A stretch of DNA of 64,000 nucleotides from Puccinia triticina. Lineage: Eukaryota. Where the stretch lies: the NCBI GenBank assembly GCA_026914245.1, contig CP110439.1, forward strand, positions 5,642,001-5,706,000, written 5' to 3'. Positions 26,001-37,877 of the stretch are shown piece by piece. The translations under genes were made by a program, and so were the position numbers. Each line of letters begins with the position of its first letter. The first letter of the stretch is position 1. The notes below the pieces were generated by a model. The model was not told the origin of the DNA. It saw only the letters and a list, made by a program, of their open reading frames with translations, and ran no database searches.

Positions 26001-26203
26001 TCTCCCTGAGCTAGGTATGTTCCTTTTCTCTATCTTTCTTCTTTTCCTCTCCTCAGTTGTACACAGGAGACACCCGGCCCCAACTGACTTGTCTCCCTGA
26101 GCTAGATGCAATAAAGACCCCAACGTTGGCATCAGAACCCCTTGAGACTCTTGTCTCCTCTGAGTGCCAGCGCCTAGCCCAGTGAAGAGCTTTGACTCTT
26201 ACA
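23038..26203 (+). mobile_element. Non-autonomous LTR retroelement (319-bp LTRs 23038-23356 and 25885-26203), recent
   Basis: TG...CA LTRs differing at about 3 positions by eye. TSD ATGCA on both sides. PPT ATAGGAGGGGAGAC before the 3' LTR. No RT/IN/PR motifs inside. Confidence 0.92.
23625..25577 (+). CDS. 650-aa Pro/Ser-rich protein of the LTR element with a conserved N-terminal domain and poly-Lys tail
   Basis: Uninterrupted ORF (first ATG 23625). The N-terminal RIQHLEDVVQFLL...FRYLTGRGLEPIVSEETARSLIAGWQ is homologous to the decayed ORF at 28443-28643. It ends KKNKKKKKKKL. Confidence 0.6.
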   Translation: MLATQATHRHEERIQHLEDVVQFLLLKADPVQVPVAPAASPNVDRFRYLTGRGLEPIVSEETARSLIAGWQCGRLRCPGENSPSPAACPTTFASDNTSLPVTTLASSSPQAELWQPQPTLPPRPRATTLTLIHPHSEAQPAHSTPASSASWPLPPPLANGQPRRTSPSSLPPPRPLNAAAAWTSRSAPIFPGLGSPNSTTTTPSPSSPPTSAFPPSSATLPPPNSARSSSPLDPTSSPASPPPLHHTRRSPTPPPARSSKPILACTFKPPPGTRATSQAPAAQPDRNHPAGANHSVEPTKTTQPTDPADRPAPIPHPLLPGPTLEQPELPPDHRRAQQPAPASSLTQPPPLPSQAPTPPTPPASPPTGQPSQPLASAGALISLRAPLPPLHPLANPAPIEKGQPSLPAPREPLNEVPGSSPPEILPASGFTPRHAQAQPPCPSSLTMSSRPALASPPHLPSCSPHNLHHSPSAPATSGTHSVAPSAFSTLSSPSTLAIATITAPADSCSVDEEYRKAHNEALDAFNDEQERLYSLRCPARPNCLTHLTALPPAQPECYETVAIGSITVLNNKDIPLDSQLAPDFSPSTQHYYNNIDKYLKLLAEYKADKLRNAEAVMNPSPSSIADLPAAPSTSTSNSSKKNKKKKKKKL

Positions 26204-27772
26204 ATGCATCTTCTCCATGACCTTAAATTTTTAGCAATGTTGTGGCATCAGAACATGAGTTATATGGGGTGCGCAGTAGTAGATATCCAAGTTTATTAAA
26301 GACACAGTTTTGCCAAACTTAAAAAAATTGAGATCGAGGGTTTCCCCTTACAATTACACAAAATTAAGAAAAACAAATCATGGGTTTCCCCATTAACAAA
26401 ATCTCAAAAAAAATTTCTGGGTTTCCCCATCACACAAAAGACACAAGCAAGTTCTCAACCCAGCCTTCCAACAGCGGCAAAGCCGTGCCCCCAGGCTCAA
26501 CACCCAGCCCGCGTCAAGCGCACGGGTCAAAAGTGATGGACATGGAGGCCCCCGGCCCGCAGAAAAGGCTGCATAACCGTGGGGGGCCCACTCTTTGCCC
26601 CTCAGAAGGTGCAAGTGCAACAGCGGAGGGGGTTGAGGACAATGGATAGCTGGAATTACAGCATCTCCAATTGCCTGGGGATTTATTGGACCACACCACC
26701 TCCTCCTTTATAAGCTCATGGTCATCACCCCTGCCAGCTTGAGAGGCCTGAGCATTGTATACATACAAAACTTCAGAAGCCACTCCGCGGCCATCACAAC
26801 CACTTTTGTTTCAAGGTCAACCGCTCCACCTACCACAAATACAGATGTACAGCTTTTTGGTAACCTTGGCAACCAGTATGACATTGCTGCAATCAGAACC
26901 ACCTTGCGCTACATGTATCTATGTACTACTGAAGGCCCTACCTACCAGCCACTAACTAAAGAGTATCACCATGTTAAAGGTGATGTGGTCCAAAGCTTGA
27001 CACATCCTCTGAGCATCCTGACCGCACGGACAAGTCTACCTGAGCGCGCGGAGTGGCGTGCAACAATCCACGGTGGAAGACTCATGAACAACCAGCAACC
27101 ACCCCCTGCTCTGACTCTTCCCCTCCACAGGGAAAATACAAATTCAACAACACTCTTGCCCTTTTAAAGTCCCTTCCACAAGCACCCCACACCGCTTGTC
27201 ACCATCAGCCTTGCCCCCGGCCCTCCGTTCTCAAGCTCCCCAATGCCTCTTCTGCCGCCGGGCAATTGCACCATTCCCGCCCCTAACCCAGATCAGAACC
27301 ACAATCAAGCTGCTTTAACTCACCGGCAAACACCTGGATTTTGCTAAGTCCCTACCCTTCTCTTAAATTTCTCTGTTGCTGTGATTGATTGACAGGGGCC
27401 TTCTTATCTTCTTTTTTGGGGTAAACAGTCAGTTGGATGGCTGAAGGTGGTTTTCTCTGAGATTGTTTGGGTTTTCAGCCTGCAGATGGCCTCACTCAGC
27501 TTCTGCTACGGACAAACATCATCCTTCACCTTCTTCTTGACCCCCCACGCCGACGGGGGGGATTGTCTCTTTGTAGATGCCACTAGACCATTTGCAGGTT
27601 CACAACGCGGCAAAGGTGGAGGTGCTGAGGCTTCTTCTCTTGGTGCTTTCCAAGCCGCTCTACTCGCCGCCCAAACTGTACATACTTGTTGGGAGGCGGG
27701 ATGACAGTTTGGGAGGTCTTGGGCCACCCGTCCAAAGGGCTGTCTGTCTCAATGCGCCCCTCCCTCACTTAC

Positions 27773-30456
27773 TGTAAAGCCCGCACTGCGCGGACTTCAC
27801 AATCATGTCACAGACCCTTTCACATATTCCTCCTCTTCCATACATATAGTTAGATCCTTTTTCCAATACTAGCTTGGCAGAGAGCTTGGACGCCCCTTCT
27901 CTCTGCCAACACTCGAAATACAAACCAACCGTTGGAGCTAGGACTTTAGGCTCCAAGCCCGCTCCCTGTGCCCGTTGAGACATCTTAGTGAAGGACTCAT
28001 CTGAGTCCTTACACTTTTTTTTTCTACTCCAGTCAAATCAATCAGCATTTTTTTTCTCCTTCCGCCTCTGCTTCCGCTTCTGTGGCCAAGCAACTACTGA
28101 TTTCTCAGCGACTCAAAATATTGCCCGTCCATTGATTCTTCCATCCGTCCGCCCGCCCGCCCAATAATCCTCCTATATCCTGCCCTTGCCCTGCCCTCAA
28201 GGCCATCCATATTGACCTGAACCTATCTGGGCCCCTAAAACTCCCCAACCTCAACCTTCCAGACCAACCGTCCCGCCCGTTCCCACCCGCTCCTGCCTTG
28301 CTCTGCCTGAAAAAAGATGAAAAACTCACAAGTCCTTTCTTCCTCAGAGGGGTCAATGGGGTCCCTCTGGGAAGAAAGAACTTGCTTCTACAAGCCCTTC
28401 AATCACTCAACCAGCGGCTACAAATCAACTAGCAACTACAAAATGCGCATCCGGCATCTGGAAGGACTTGTACAAGTCTTAATGACTAGAACCGCGCTAG
28501 CCCAGCCCATATGTCACTCTGCGTCCAGGTCCTGGCTTGTCTGCGCTACTCCCATGTCCGGCTCATTCCAATACTTGACTGATTGAGGTCTTGAACCAAT
28601 GTTGTCCAAGGCAACAGCGGATGCTTTGGCGTCCGCCTGGCAATACAAGAGGCCAAGAAAACATCACCCTTTGACCACCTTGCCTACTCGCCGTGATTCA
28701 CACTTGCCTGATCTACTGCTCGCCACACTCAACCAGGCTATCAACGGCCAAATTGTCGTCAAAAATGCCGCCAACACCCTGCATTCATTGCACTCACCAT
28801 CACCCTCTACCTGCTTACTCTCTCCGCTGCCTTCTGCACCCGCCCCTAACTCGCCCTGCTCATCTCCCTTGCGACTATCCAAGGCTGAAGCAGCCACCTC
28901 AGAATGTATCACCTATCCTCATCCACGTCCCCTCGTCTCCGCGCCCTCAACCTCATCTGCAGCCACATCTCCAACTTTGCCAACCCCCACAAGCTCGCCT
29001 GGTCACTACACCATTTCTGCTGCATTGAATTTGGGTTTGACCTCGCCCCAACCTTCCAGGTTGCAACCACACCACAGACTGAACCCTTCCGACCTTACAG
29101 AAACTTCTGAACTTGCCCGACTGCCCAATCTTTCCCTGCCTAACGTTCTGACTACATGGCTGCCCAAACCAATGGCTGAAACTGTCCAAAAGCTCAAACC
29201 TTCCCTATGCGACTGCGCGACTGCCCAATTGCCTGAACATGCCCTTGCAGACTGCCTAAAACTTCACACACCTGCATCAACTGTCTGCATAACCGCACCC
29301 CCCCACAAAACCACCCCTCCCGGCCCTTCCAAAACCTTCCCAACAAAGGCTAGATCACCCCCAAAACCATATGACCAGCTTTCCCCTCAACTGGTTGCTG
29401 TATCAACTGTAACCATGCACCACCCCAAAAAGTATGGCAATGAGTGCACATTGCCACGCTCTAACATTGCTCTAACACAACTCTTATATGTATCTTACTT
29501 CCCTCAAAAACACCTCTTACTTTCCTGAAACAACTCACTTACTTTCCTCAAACACTCAGCACCACCCCAAAAAGAAAGGCAATGTGTGCTTATTGCCATG
29601 CTCTAAAGCTTCTCTTACTTGGATAATTCCAGTGTAGAGCCAGGGTTCTCAGTAGTGATTTTGGACGATTGTCCAAAATCACTTCCAGGATGTATGTGCA
29701 ATATGAGTAGGGAGGGATGGGATCAGTTAACCAAGTAAAAACAAGTTTAAATCTCAGTTACATGAATGTATCACAAGGTTATACTTGGTGGTAAGACCGG
29801 GTAAGACCTATGTAATAGCAATGTGTGCACATTGCCACCCTTTTTGGGGTGGTGATGGTAGATGAGGTTATTTCACCACTCTCTCCAGCTTCTGACACCA
29901 AAACAGCCCTATTATACAATGAAGCTGCCCGACACTACCAACTGCTTGAAGATTTGGAATTTGATACATCTGCTGAACACTATTAGCTCGCATCTTGCCC
30001 ACCCCGCCGTCTGGCGCTGTCCTGTCCCATCTGCCCTGCCCCGTCGCCTGTCCTGTCCTGCCCCATTGCCCGTCCCGTCCCGCCCCGTTGCCTGCCCCGT
30101 TGCCCGTCCCGTCCGCTCCACCCGTCCTGCCTGTCCCGCCCATCCTGTCCGCTCTGTCCTGTCCTTTTCTTTCCTTCCCGCGTATCCCCTCTTTTTCTTC
30201 CCTTCCTTTTTTTTATAGGAGGGGAGACTGTAAAGCCCGCGCTGCGCGGACTTCACAATCATGTCACAGACCCTTTCAAATATTCCTCCTCTGCCGTACA
30301 TATAGTTAGATCCTTTTTCCAATACTAGCTCAGCAGAGAACTTGAACGCCCCTTCTCTCTGCCGACGCTAGAAATACAAACCAACCGTTGGAGCTAGAGC
30401 TTTAGGCTCCGAGCCCGTTGAGACATCTTAGTGAAGGACTCATCCAAGTCATCACA
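27773..30456 (+). mobile_element. Second non-autonomous LTR element (LTRs 27773-28013 and 30229-30456), older, nested in H1
   Basis: TSD CTTAC on both sides. Same PPT (TTTATAGGAGGGGAGAC) and same T-run after the 5' LTR as the 23038 element. Decayed Pro-rich ORF 28317-29528. Confidence 0.88.
29418..29854. mobile_element. CACTA-superfamily-like MITE
   Basis: Termini CACCACCCCAAAAAG / CTTTTTGGGGTGGTG, 3-bp TSD ATG, subterminal GGCAATG..CACATTGCC palindromes. Confidence 0.75.
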
Positions 30457-32292
30457 CTTACCTCTGCACCTGAACTGCTGAGCCTCCTCCTTGCACCCCT
30501 CTGAAGCCTCCTCAACACCAACATTGCTCCTCTAAGAACAACTTCAGTAGCCCCGCATGCGCCTTCAACACCCTTGCTACCGGACTCGGCAGGATCACTC
30601 AGGGCAAGATTGGCATCAGCCCCAAACGCAGCTCCATCTCTGCTCCTCCCCTGAACCCTTAACTTCGATCCCCACCCGCAGACCGAGCTTTACCCCTCAG
30701 AACAGTGGCGGCGGAAGGAGTGCTGCGAGTCATTATGGCGGCGCAAGCTCCGCTGGGATCTCCCACAACCTTCCTGAATGGTGTGAGGCCGGATTGAGCT
30801 TGCTTCTCCTGCCCAAGACGGCCAGAAACAACTCAACAAAGACAACAACAGGTTGGAAAGGGATGGCAACCAAGGAAACCACTGGGCTCATTGGCAGAGA
30901 CAAATGTTCTCCAGGTCTATGAGATATCCCATGGAGACCATCTGAAACAAGTTTGCCGGCTTGGGAAATGCGTCTGAAGACAACGGAGTTGATGTAAAAT
31001 ACCATCCTGGTGCCAACTACGTTCTCCCAATTGTCAGGATTCGGGCCCAGGCCTGTCTGGCCGGCTACGGGGCGCAAGCCCGAGTACCTTGCTCTAGTGG
31101 AAGCAGTTGAAGACGCCTCAACAACCATCTCCACGCTGCCGAACGCCTTCAACCCAAACTCCTCAAACTGTAAGTGAGAAAACCCTTAGCATGAACCCTT
31201 CCAAACTGTAAAAGATCCAAACCAGTCTGAAGGTGAACTAAAATACTCCATTGATACATACCGCCTGATTCAGACAACAACAACATGGACCAACCAAGCG
31301 TAGAAAGCGCCTTGTGAAACCAACTGGACCTGTATGTATCCTGCAGAACGTCTCACCTGCATACAGTCACAGGTATAAAAGACTAACCTTGCTGCCCATG
31401 ATCTCAGTCTTCTCCTCAGCCAACATCACTTCCCCATCAGCTCACACACAAATCAACAACACAAACACTATAGTTACTCTTCACTGCCCTTTTTGCCCTT
31501 GAACTTGACCACCGTATCTCAGTCCCACAAATGTTTCTCTTGTTATCATTGACAGCCTGCAACAACCTTGTTCCGCATTCTTGTTCTTCTCAGATTGCTT
31601 TCTTTCCTTTATCTCATTGTTCTCATACAACCTTTGTATCACTGAGAACTCCATTTGTTGCCTTACCACTGCCCTTAAGGTACTTGACTGTTCTACAAAT
31701 ATTTTCTCTCATCTTTTTCTCATGGGGATCACCATGAGCTGACAAAGTTGAAATTTAATCCTTAAGTTGTCATATTCTCACACAAATGCCTAAATTTTTT
31801 TCTTATCCAATTGCTTGATCTTTAATCTGCTGTTTTGTAAAGTCCTGAGACTCCCATATTGTCTTAAATCACTTGGCAGACCCCTACCACCCAATAAATG
31901 CTTGCGCAGAGAGTTCCACAAGGTTATTATCCAAGCTCAAAGCAAATCTGCGGAAAGCACCTGACTGAGCAGAGTGCTTAGAAGATCTCAAGGATACTGT
32001 TCACAACTGCGACTGCAGGCAACAGGCAGCCACTGTCATCTGATCTTTCTCTGTGGTTTCTTTCTTTCTCCTTGATGCTGATGAGGCTAGCATTAGCCCT
32101 TCACACACTTCTTTTGCTGCCCCTTAACTGTCTTTTAGTAGCATTTTCTGCTTAGTACTGCTTGTACCTTTTGCTTCTCTTTTTTGATATCCTTATAAAT
32201 CTTGAGTTTCTCTGTATTTGTGGTTCATCCTTGATATCCTTCAAATTGTATGAAATAAATGCATACACACACATGCATTGGAGATGCTGGAG

Positions 32293-32843
32293 TAGGGCTG
32301 GACGCCGCGGGGTACCCAAGAGCCTCCAGCCCTGCCGTGGTAATACCTGTTGGGAATATCCAAGGAAAAAAACTAAGGGTGATGACCCCGTGGAAATACC
32401 CGGGATAACAGGTTGGGTACACGGGTAGATGCGGGTATTTTCTCCGGCGGACACCTTCAAAGATGCCTCGGAATTATTGGGTATACCCGCGGGTAACCGC
32501 TCTCTTCAGCGTATTTCTGGAACTTTGGGAAGTTTACATTACAGGTTGCCAAAACCGCCCAATGAGACCTACTATTATAATCTTGTATTTCTTAATTTAC
32601 ACACTATTTTAGGATTTTCCTCATTCAAAAAAAAAAAAAATCCAAAAAGCCCTGAGGAAGCTATCTCAGGCTTTCTTGCCAAGCCCAAAAACCTGTTGGT
32701 CCCCGTGAGATTGGCAAAGTGTCCCGACCTTTATACCTGAGAATACCCAACGGGTATTTTTCAAAGAAAACACCCCCCACCCCCAAACCGTCAGCTTGGA
32801 TAGCGGGGTATACCCGTTGACCCCCTCCCCGAGTCCAGCCCTA
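32293..32843. mobile_element. hAT-type MITE
   Basis: TIR TAGGGCTGGAC / GTCCAGCCCTA; 8-bp TSD TGCTGGAG (32285-32292, 32844-32851). Confidence 0.85.
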
Positions 32844-33555
32844 TGCTGGAGTGGCCTCATGGGAATATGTCAAAGAACTGTGTCATGGAGCAGCAAAGCT
32901 TTAAGCCAATATGAAATATATGGAGCATGGAGTAAATTGCAGGGCTTTGCACTGGTCTGCAGCAACAATCCAAACTTGATTATCAAATGAATAAAAAAAA
33001 ACCAGTGTAATAATAGGCAAAAAACAAACTTGAGATGACTTGTAGTCCTGTAAAAATGTGGGAGATAATATGTCAAAAATATGGGATATGTCTACTATTC
33101 TGGGCTACATTCATCATCAAACTTGACTACACCCAGCTTTACTAGCTTGATGTGCACTCCACCACATGCAAATAACTGCAGAATTCTTTTACCAAAATGA
33201 TGCTTTGCAGTTGAATTGTGCCAATTTTGAAGTGGTAGACACATCATTTGGGCTGGATCTACTACTTTATTTTGGGAATTGGAATAAAACATGAGTGAGG
33301 TGTGATGCTTACAGGTGATTGTGACAATGATATGTTGAAGGAGGGATCAAAGAGAAAATATGGAGAAATGTAACCAGGTATCTGCAGCGGCAAAGCCGCC
33401 TTGGCCTCTAGTTATGACTACCGCGCATCCCTTACATCTCATGTTATGATGCCACAACATTGCTAAAAATGCAAAGTCACGCAGAAGATGCACATTTGAA
33501 ATTTCACTCAAGTTTTTAGACTGCTGTGATATGTAAAAAAAAAAAGCTATTCAAT

Positions 33556-33735
33556 AGGGGGTATCAAATACGAGAAAATCCACCATTATGTAATTGATGG
33601 GTTTGAAAAAACCCACCATTTTTAAAACATGCTGGCCCTTATTCTACTCCATTTTGGGCACCACTGGCAATAAATTTTCATTTCTGGCTAATTGACTGGT
33701 TTCTAATTGTGGATTTCTCATATTTGATGCCCCCT
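33556..33735. mobile_element. ~180-bp MITE (PIF/Harbinger-like) in the right arm of the foldback element
   Basis: TIR AGGGGGTATCAAATACGAGAAAATCCAC / GTGGATTTCTCATATTTGATGCCCCCT. It is absent from the left arm, and comparison with that arm suggests a 3-bp AAT TSD. Confidence 0.7.
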
Positions 33736-34068
33736 AATTAGCCAGATTTTCCCCCTTAACACTGCTGCACACCCCTTATATCTCATGTTTTTATGCCACC
33801 CCATTGCTGACAATTTCAGGACACAGAGATTATATAGATTTTAAATATTCATGAAATTTTTAGCTTGTTTGGAAATGTGACAAAAAAGTTATTCAGTTAG
33901 CGGGAATTTTCCTACTAAGCCCACCGCGCACTCCCTGAAAATCCTAAAAATTTCAGGGAATGCATAATATTCACAATTATAAGTGCCCTGAAATTTTTGT
34001 GCGTCTGGGACATGTAACAAAAAAGTTATTCCTTAGTATGTACCCCAGAAAAGGGGGTATGCAAAAAA

Positions 34069-37000
34069 TCCAAGTTTATTAAAATCACAGAAACACAGAA
34101 GGCAATATCAAAGTCTTTGCCTGTGCTCATTAGCAAAAATCACAGAAAAGTTGAAATTAATCCTCAAACACCCTGGAGGGCACCTTGGATTGACCCTCCA
34201 GCCCGTGCCGGAGCAACAGGCAAAAGAAGGTTGGTCAAAAATGTCATCAAGGAGGCCCTAATAAAGTGATTAGTGGGCTCCAGGGAGGGGGTGGGACAAA
34301 ACCACATCCCCTGGGGGGACAAACAGCTTCCCCCACGCCCTTTAAGTATCCGACCCAGCTGCACACCACCTGGGCCTTCATGCTTTGCACCCTGAAGGTT
34401 TCCAGGGCCCTGCGCCTGGGCAGGCACAATGCTGGCCTGTACACACTCATCCGAGTGGTTACAGGTCAGCTTGAGGGCCTAAAGAGGGGTCTCAGTATGT
34501 ATTAGTACAGATGGTCTGTGACTGATCTGGACCACCGGTCTGTACTGGTCATCAGGACTCACATCTCTCCTACCGGTCATTGAGAGGACTAACCACCTCT
34601 CAATGACAAATAAAGACCGCTGATTGGGAGAAATGACAGCTGAGACTGAGAGGACTCACATCTCCTCTCAATGACCGGTCTTTGCCGGTCATTGAGGGGA
34701 CTCACATCTTCTCTTGATGACCGGTCATACCGGTCATCAAGAGGACTCAGCACCTCTTGATGACTGGCACAGACCGGTCATCAAGAGGACTCAGCACCTC
34801 TCGATGACCGGCACAGACCGGTCATCAAGAGGACTCACCACCTCTTGATGACCGGTCAGACCGGTCATCAAGAGGACTCACCACCTCTTGATGACCGGTC
34901 AGACCGGTCATCAAGAGGACTCACCACCTTGTGATGACCAGTTAAACCAGTCATTGAGAGGACTCACCACCTCTTGATGACCGGCACAGACCGGTCATTG
35001 AGAGGACTCACCACCTCTCAATTACCGGCACAGACGGGTCATCGAGAGGACTTACCACCTCTCAATGACAGGTTAGACCGGTCATTGAGAGGACTCACCA
35101 CCTCTTGATGACTGGTTAGACCGGTCCTTGAGAGGACTCACCACCTCTCAATGACCGGCACAGACAGGTCATCGAGAGGACTCACCACCTCTCAATGACT
35201 GGCACAGACTGGTCATTGAGAGGACTCACCACCTCTCAATGACCGGCACAGACCGGTCATTGAGAGGACTCACCACCTCTCAATGACCGGCACAGACCGG
35301 TCATTGAGAGGACTCACCACCTCTCAATGACCGGCACAGACCGGTCATTGAGAGGACTCACCACCTCTCAATGACCGGTTAGAACGGTCATTGAGAGGAC
35401 TCACCACCTCTCAATGAATGGTTAGACCGGTCCTTGAGAGGACTCACCACCTCTCAATGACCGGCACAGACGGGTCATCAAGAGGACTCACCACCTCTTG
35501 ATGACCAGCACAGACCGGTCATTGAGAGGACTCACCACCTCTTGATGACCGGTTAGACCGGTCATTGAGAGGACTCACCACCTCTCAATGACCGGTCTAA
35601 CCGGTCATTGAGATGACTCACCGCCTCTCAATGACTGGCACAGACAGGTCATTGAGAGGACTCACAGCTCTTGATGACAGGTTTGTGCCGGTCACCGTGG
35701 AGACTAACAGCTGTTGATGACCGGTCTTTGCCGGTCATCAAGGGGACTCACCTCTTCTCTCAATGACTGGTCAGACCAGTCATTGAGGGGACTCACCACC
35801 TCTTGATGACCAGTCAGACCAGTCATCAAGAGTAGATGTGATAATGTGACTCCCCCATCGTCCCTTCCCCTGCCATAACGCTCCCTCCTGACATGAGCTA
35901 AGTCCCTCCGGGGCGCTTTGCGCCTGCCTCCAAAGGAGGGACTTCTGAATCAGTGGACTTTTTCAGATTTTCCAGAGAAAATCCCAAGTCTGCAATAACG
36001 TTTGCAAAACAATAGCTATTGTGGCACCGTAACAAACATGATGAAGGTCTACATTTGGTTTACAACCTCACAAAACTTTGGGGCTGTACCACCCCTCCTT
36101 CAACAAAAAAACAGCATAAGAAGTTGACCTGTGAGACACTTCACTGGGTACCCTGAAACAGTGAAGTGAATACAGTTCCTTTGAGGCAAAAAAGTGACAC
36201 ATTGGTCTTCTTTTTTCCATAGCTCTGTCAGGTGCATGTACAAAGGATGAGAAGCAGATGCAATTTTGATTTTTTTGATGACACAGACATCCAAGGGATT
36301 TTAATCTGTGGGACAATGCCCCTAGGGATCCGCGTCTTACTCATTATGAGGCCTTCTTGCTAGCTGATTCCTTGACCATTAAGGTGGGGTGATATATAAC
36401 AAAAAAAATACTGATAGATTTGCAGGCTTCTGAGAAAACCTGTCATGCCAAAAAAGTGTTTTTTGTTAGGCCCTCATTTCGAGGGGGGCGCTTTGCGCCC
36501 AGGAGGGACTTGGTTAAGTTCAGCCCCCTTTGACCAAAAACCCTTGCCCCTGCGCAGGTGGCACTTGTGCAGAGCAACTGGAAAGTGTCAATGGCAATCC
36601 GTGCTGCACCTGCTCCAGAGGCATCTCCCTGGCGCCCTCCTCCCGGCAACATTGATCAAACTCCAGACGGACTGGGTCACACAATCAGACAGCGGGGCTC
36701 ATGGACAGAGATTGCTTGGATATGGAGGAGTATGAAGTGATTAGATGAATCATAATCAAATTGTCATTAGATTCTTTAATCATTTTTGCTATATATTGAT
36801 GAGTCTCACAGAAACATCAGGGCTTGACTTAGTCAGATTAAGACTTGTGCAATCCATTTTTTTTGCATGAAATTGATTTTAATGAGAAATTTGGTTTTTT
36901 TGCATGCATGGGATGCAATGGAGTTTGTGTTCCTTAGCAGGGAATGGGGGATACTTCACAACAGTCTACTTAGCCAGTTTTTAAATCATTTTTGCCTATC

Positions 37001-37089
37001 TAATATGGCTAGCCTGTGAAGGGAAAGGGTGATTGAAAGTGATGGGATGGTCATTGAATTTGCAGCGGCAAAGCCGCCTTGGCCTCTAG
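34069..37089 (+). mobile_element. Non-autonomous Helitron H2
   Basis: 5' A|TCCAAGTTTATTAAA; 3' GCAGCGGCAAAGCCGCCTTGGCCTCTAG|T; interrupts the right arm of the foldback element. Confidence 0.85.
34540..35830. repeat. Palindromic minisatellite, 43-44-bp unit, roughly 29 copies
   Basis: Unit CCTCTCAATGACCGG-CACAGA-CCGGTCATTGAGAGG-ACTCACCA; period 44 measured at 35221/35265. Confidence 0.95.
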
Positions 37090-37877
37090 TAATTAATTAA
37101 TTAATTAAAAAATAGTTTTTTTGAATTTCTGATTGCATGATAATTATGTTCATCATTTGAGATGAATTTTGATATCATTTTTGTTGTGTAGAAATGAGTA
37201 GAAAAAAACCGGGTACGTACAAGGAAAAGGGGGTATGCAAAAACCGGGTACAAACGCGGAAAAACCAGGTACGTTTATTAACCCCCTATTTTAATATATG
37301 TATTTACATGTTTATATTAAAATAAAGGAACCATTCTGAGAATGATTTTGTCTTTTTTACCTGAAAGCAGCATGAGGTCTGTTGAGCAACAGGCATCAGC
37401 CAGCTTATGTATACTCTCAACTCAACCATCTCAAGACATGTCACAGAAAGCAGATGTCATTTGGTCAACCAAGCTCAATATTGATGATCCCCAAATACCC
37501 AAGCTACAGGCCATAGAGCATGCAATCATGCTTGAATAGCATTGACCCAACAAAGAAAGCAGAACAACAAACACAAAGCAATGAAACAAAACAAATGCTC
37601 AAGCAAAGAGTTCGCCGGGCTTATAGATGCAAATGCAGAACAGATAGCAAACTATGTGAGGGCAGCATTCAGAGTTAATGCACACAAGAGAAGAATGCAA
37701 CTTGCTGAGCACACAGTAACTAAGAGGCAACAAGTGACGCTGGGAAAGTACCAAGTCAGAAGGGGGAAATGCACTGGAAAAGCAAGCATACTGAAATGCT
37801 TTGACAGACAAGGTGGACCCTCTGGAAAAGTCCACACTCACCAGTGGTGGGTGTTAGTATAAATAGTGCAGGACCAT

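Larger units (their letters stand above)
26286..33411 (+). mobile_element. Non-autonomous Helitron H1
   Basis: 5' A|TCCAAGTTTATTAAA. 3' hairpin GCGGC-AAA-GCCGC then CTTGGCCTCTAG|T. No TSD. Removal restores the centre of the foldback host. Confidence 0.85.
22462..37286. mobile_element. Non-autonomous foldback DNA transposon (MULE-like), host to multiple nested insertions
   Basis: Termini GGGGGTTAATAAACGTACC / GGTACGTTTATTAACCCCC. 8-bp TSD TATTTTAA (22454-22461, 37287-37294). Inverted homology continues through 22462-23037 + 26204-26285 versus 33412-34068 + 37090-37286. Confidence 0.85.

Noticed and set aside
26472..26490. Extra Helitron 3' end (CAGCGGCAAAGCCGTG) inside H1
   Set aside because: It is a partial hairpin without the CTTGGCCTCTAG terminus.
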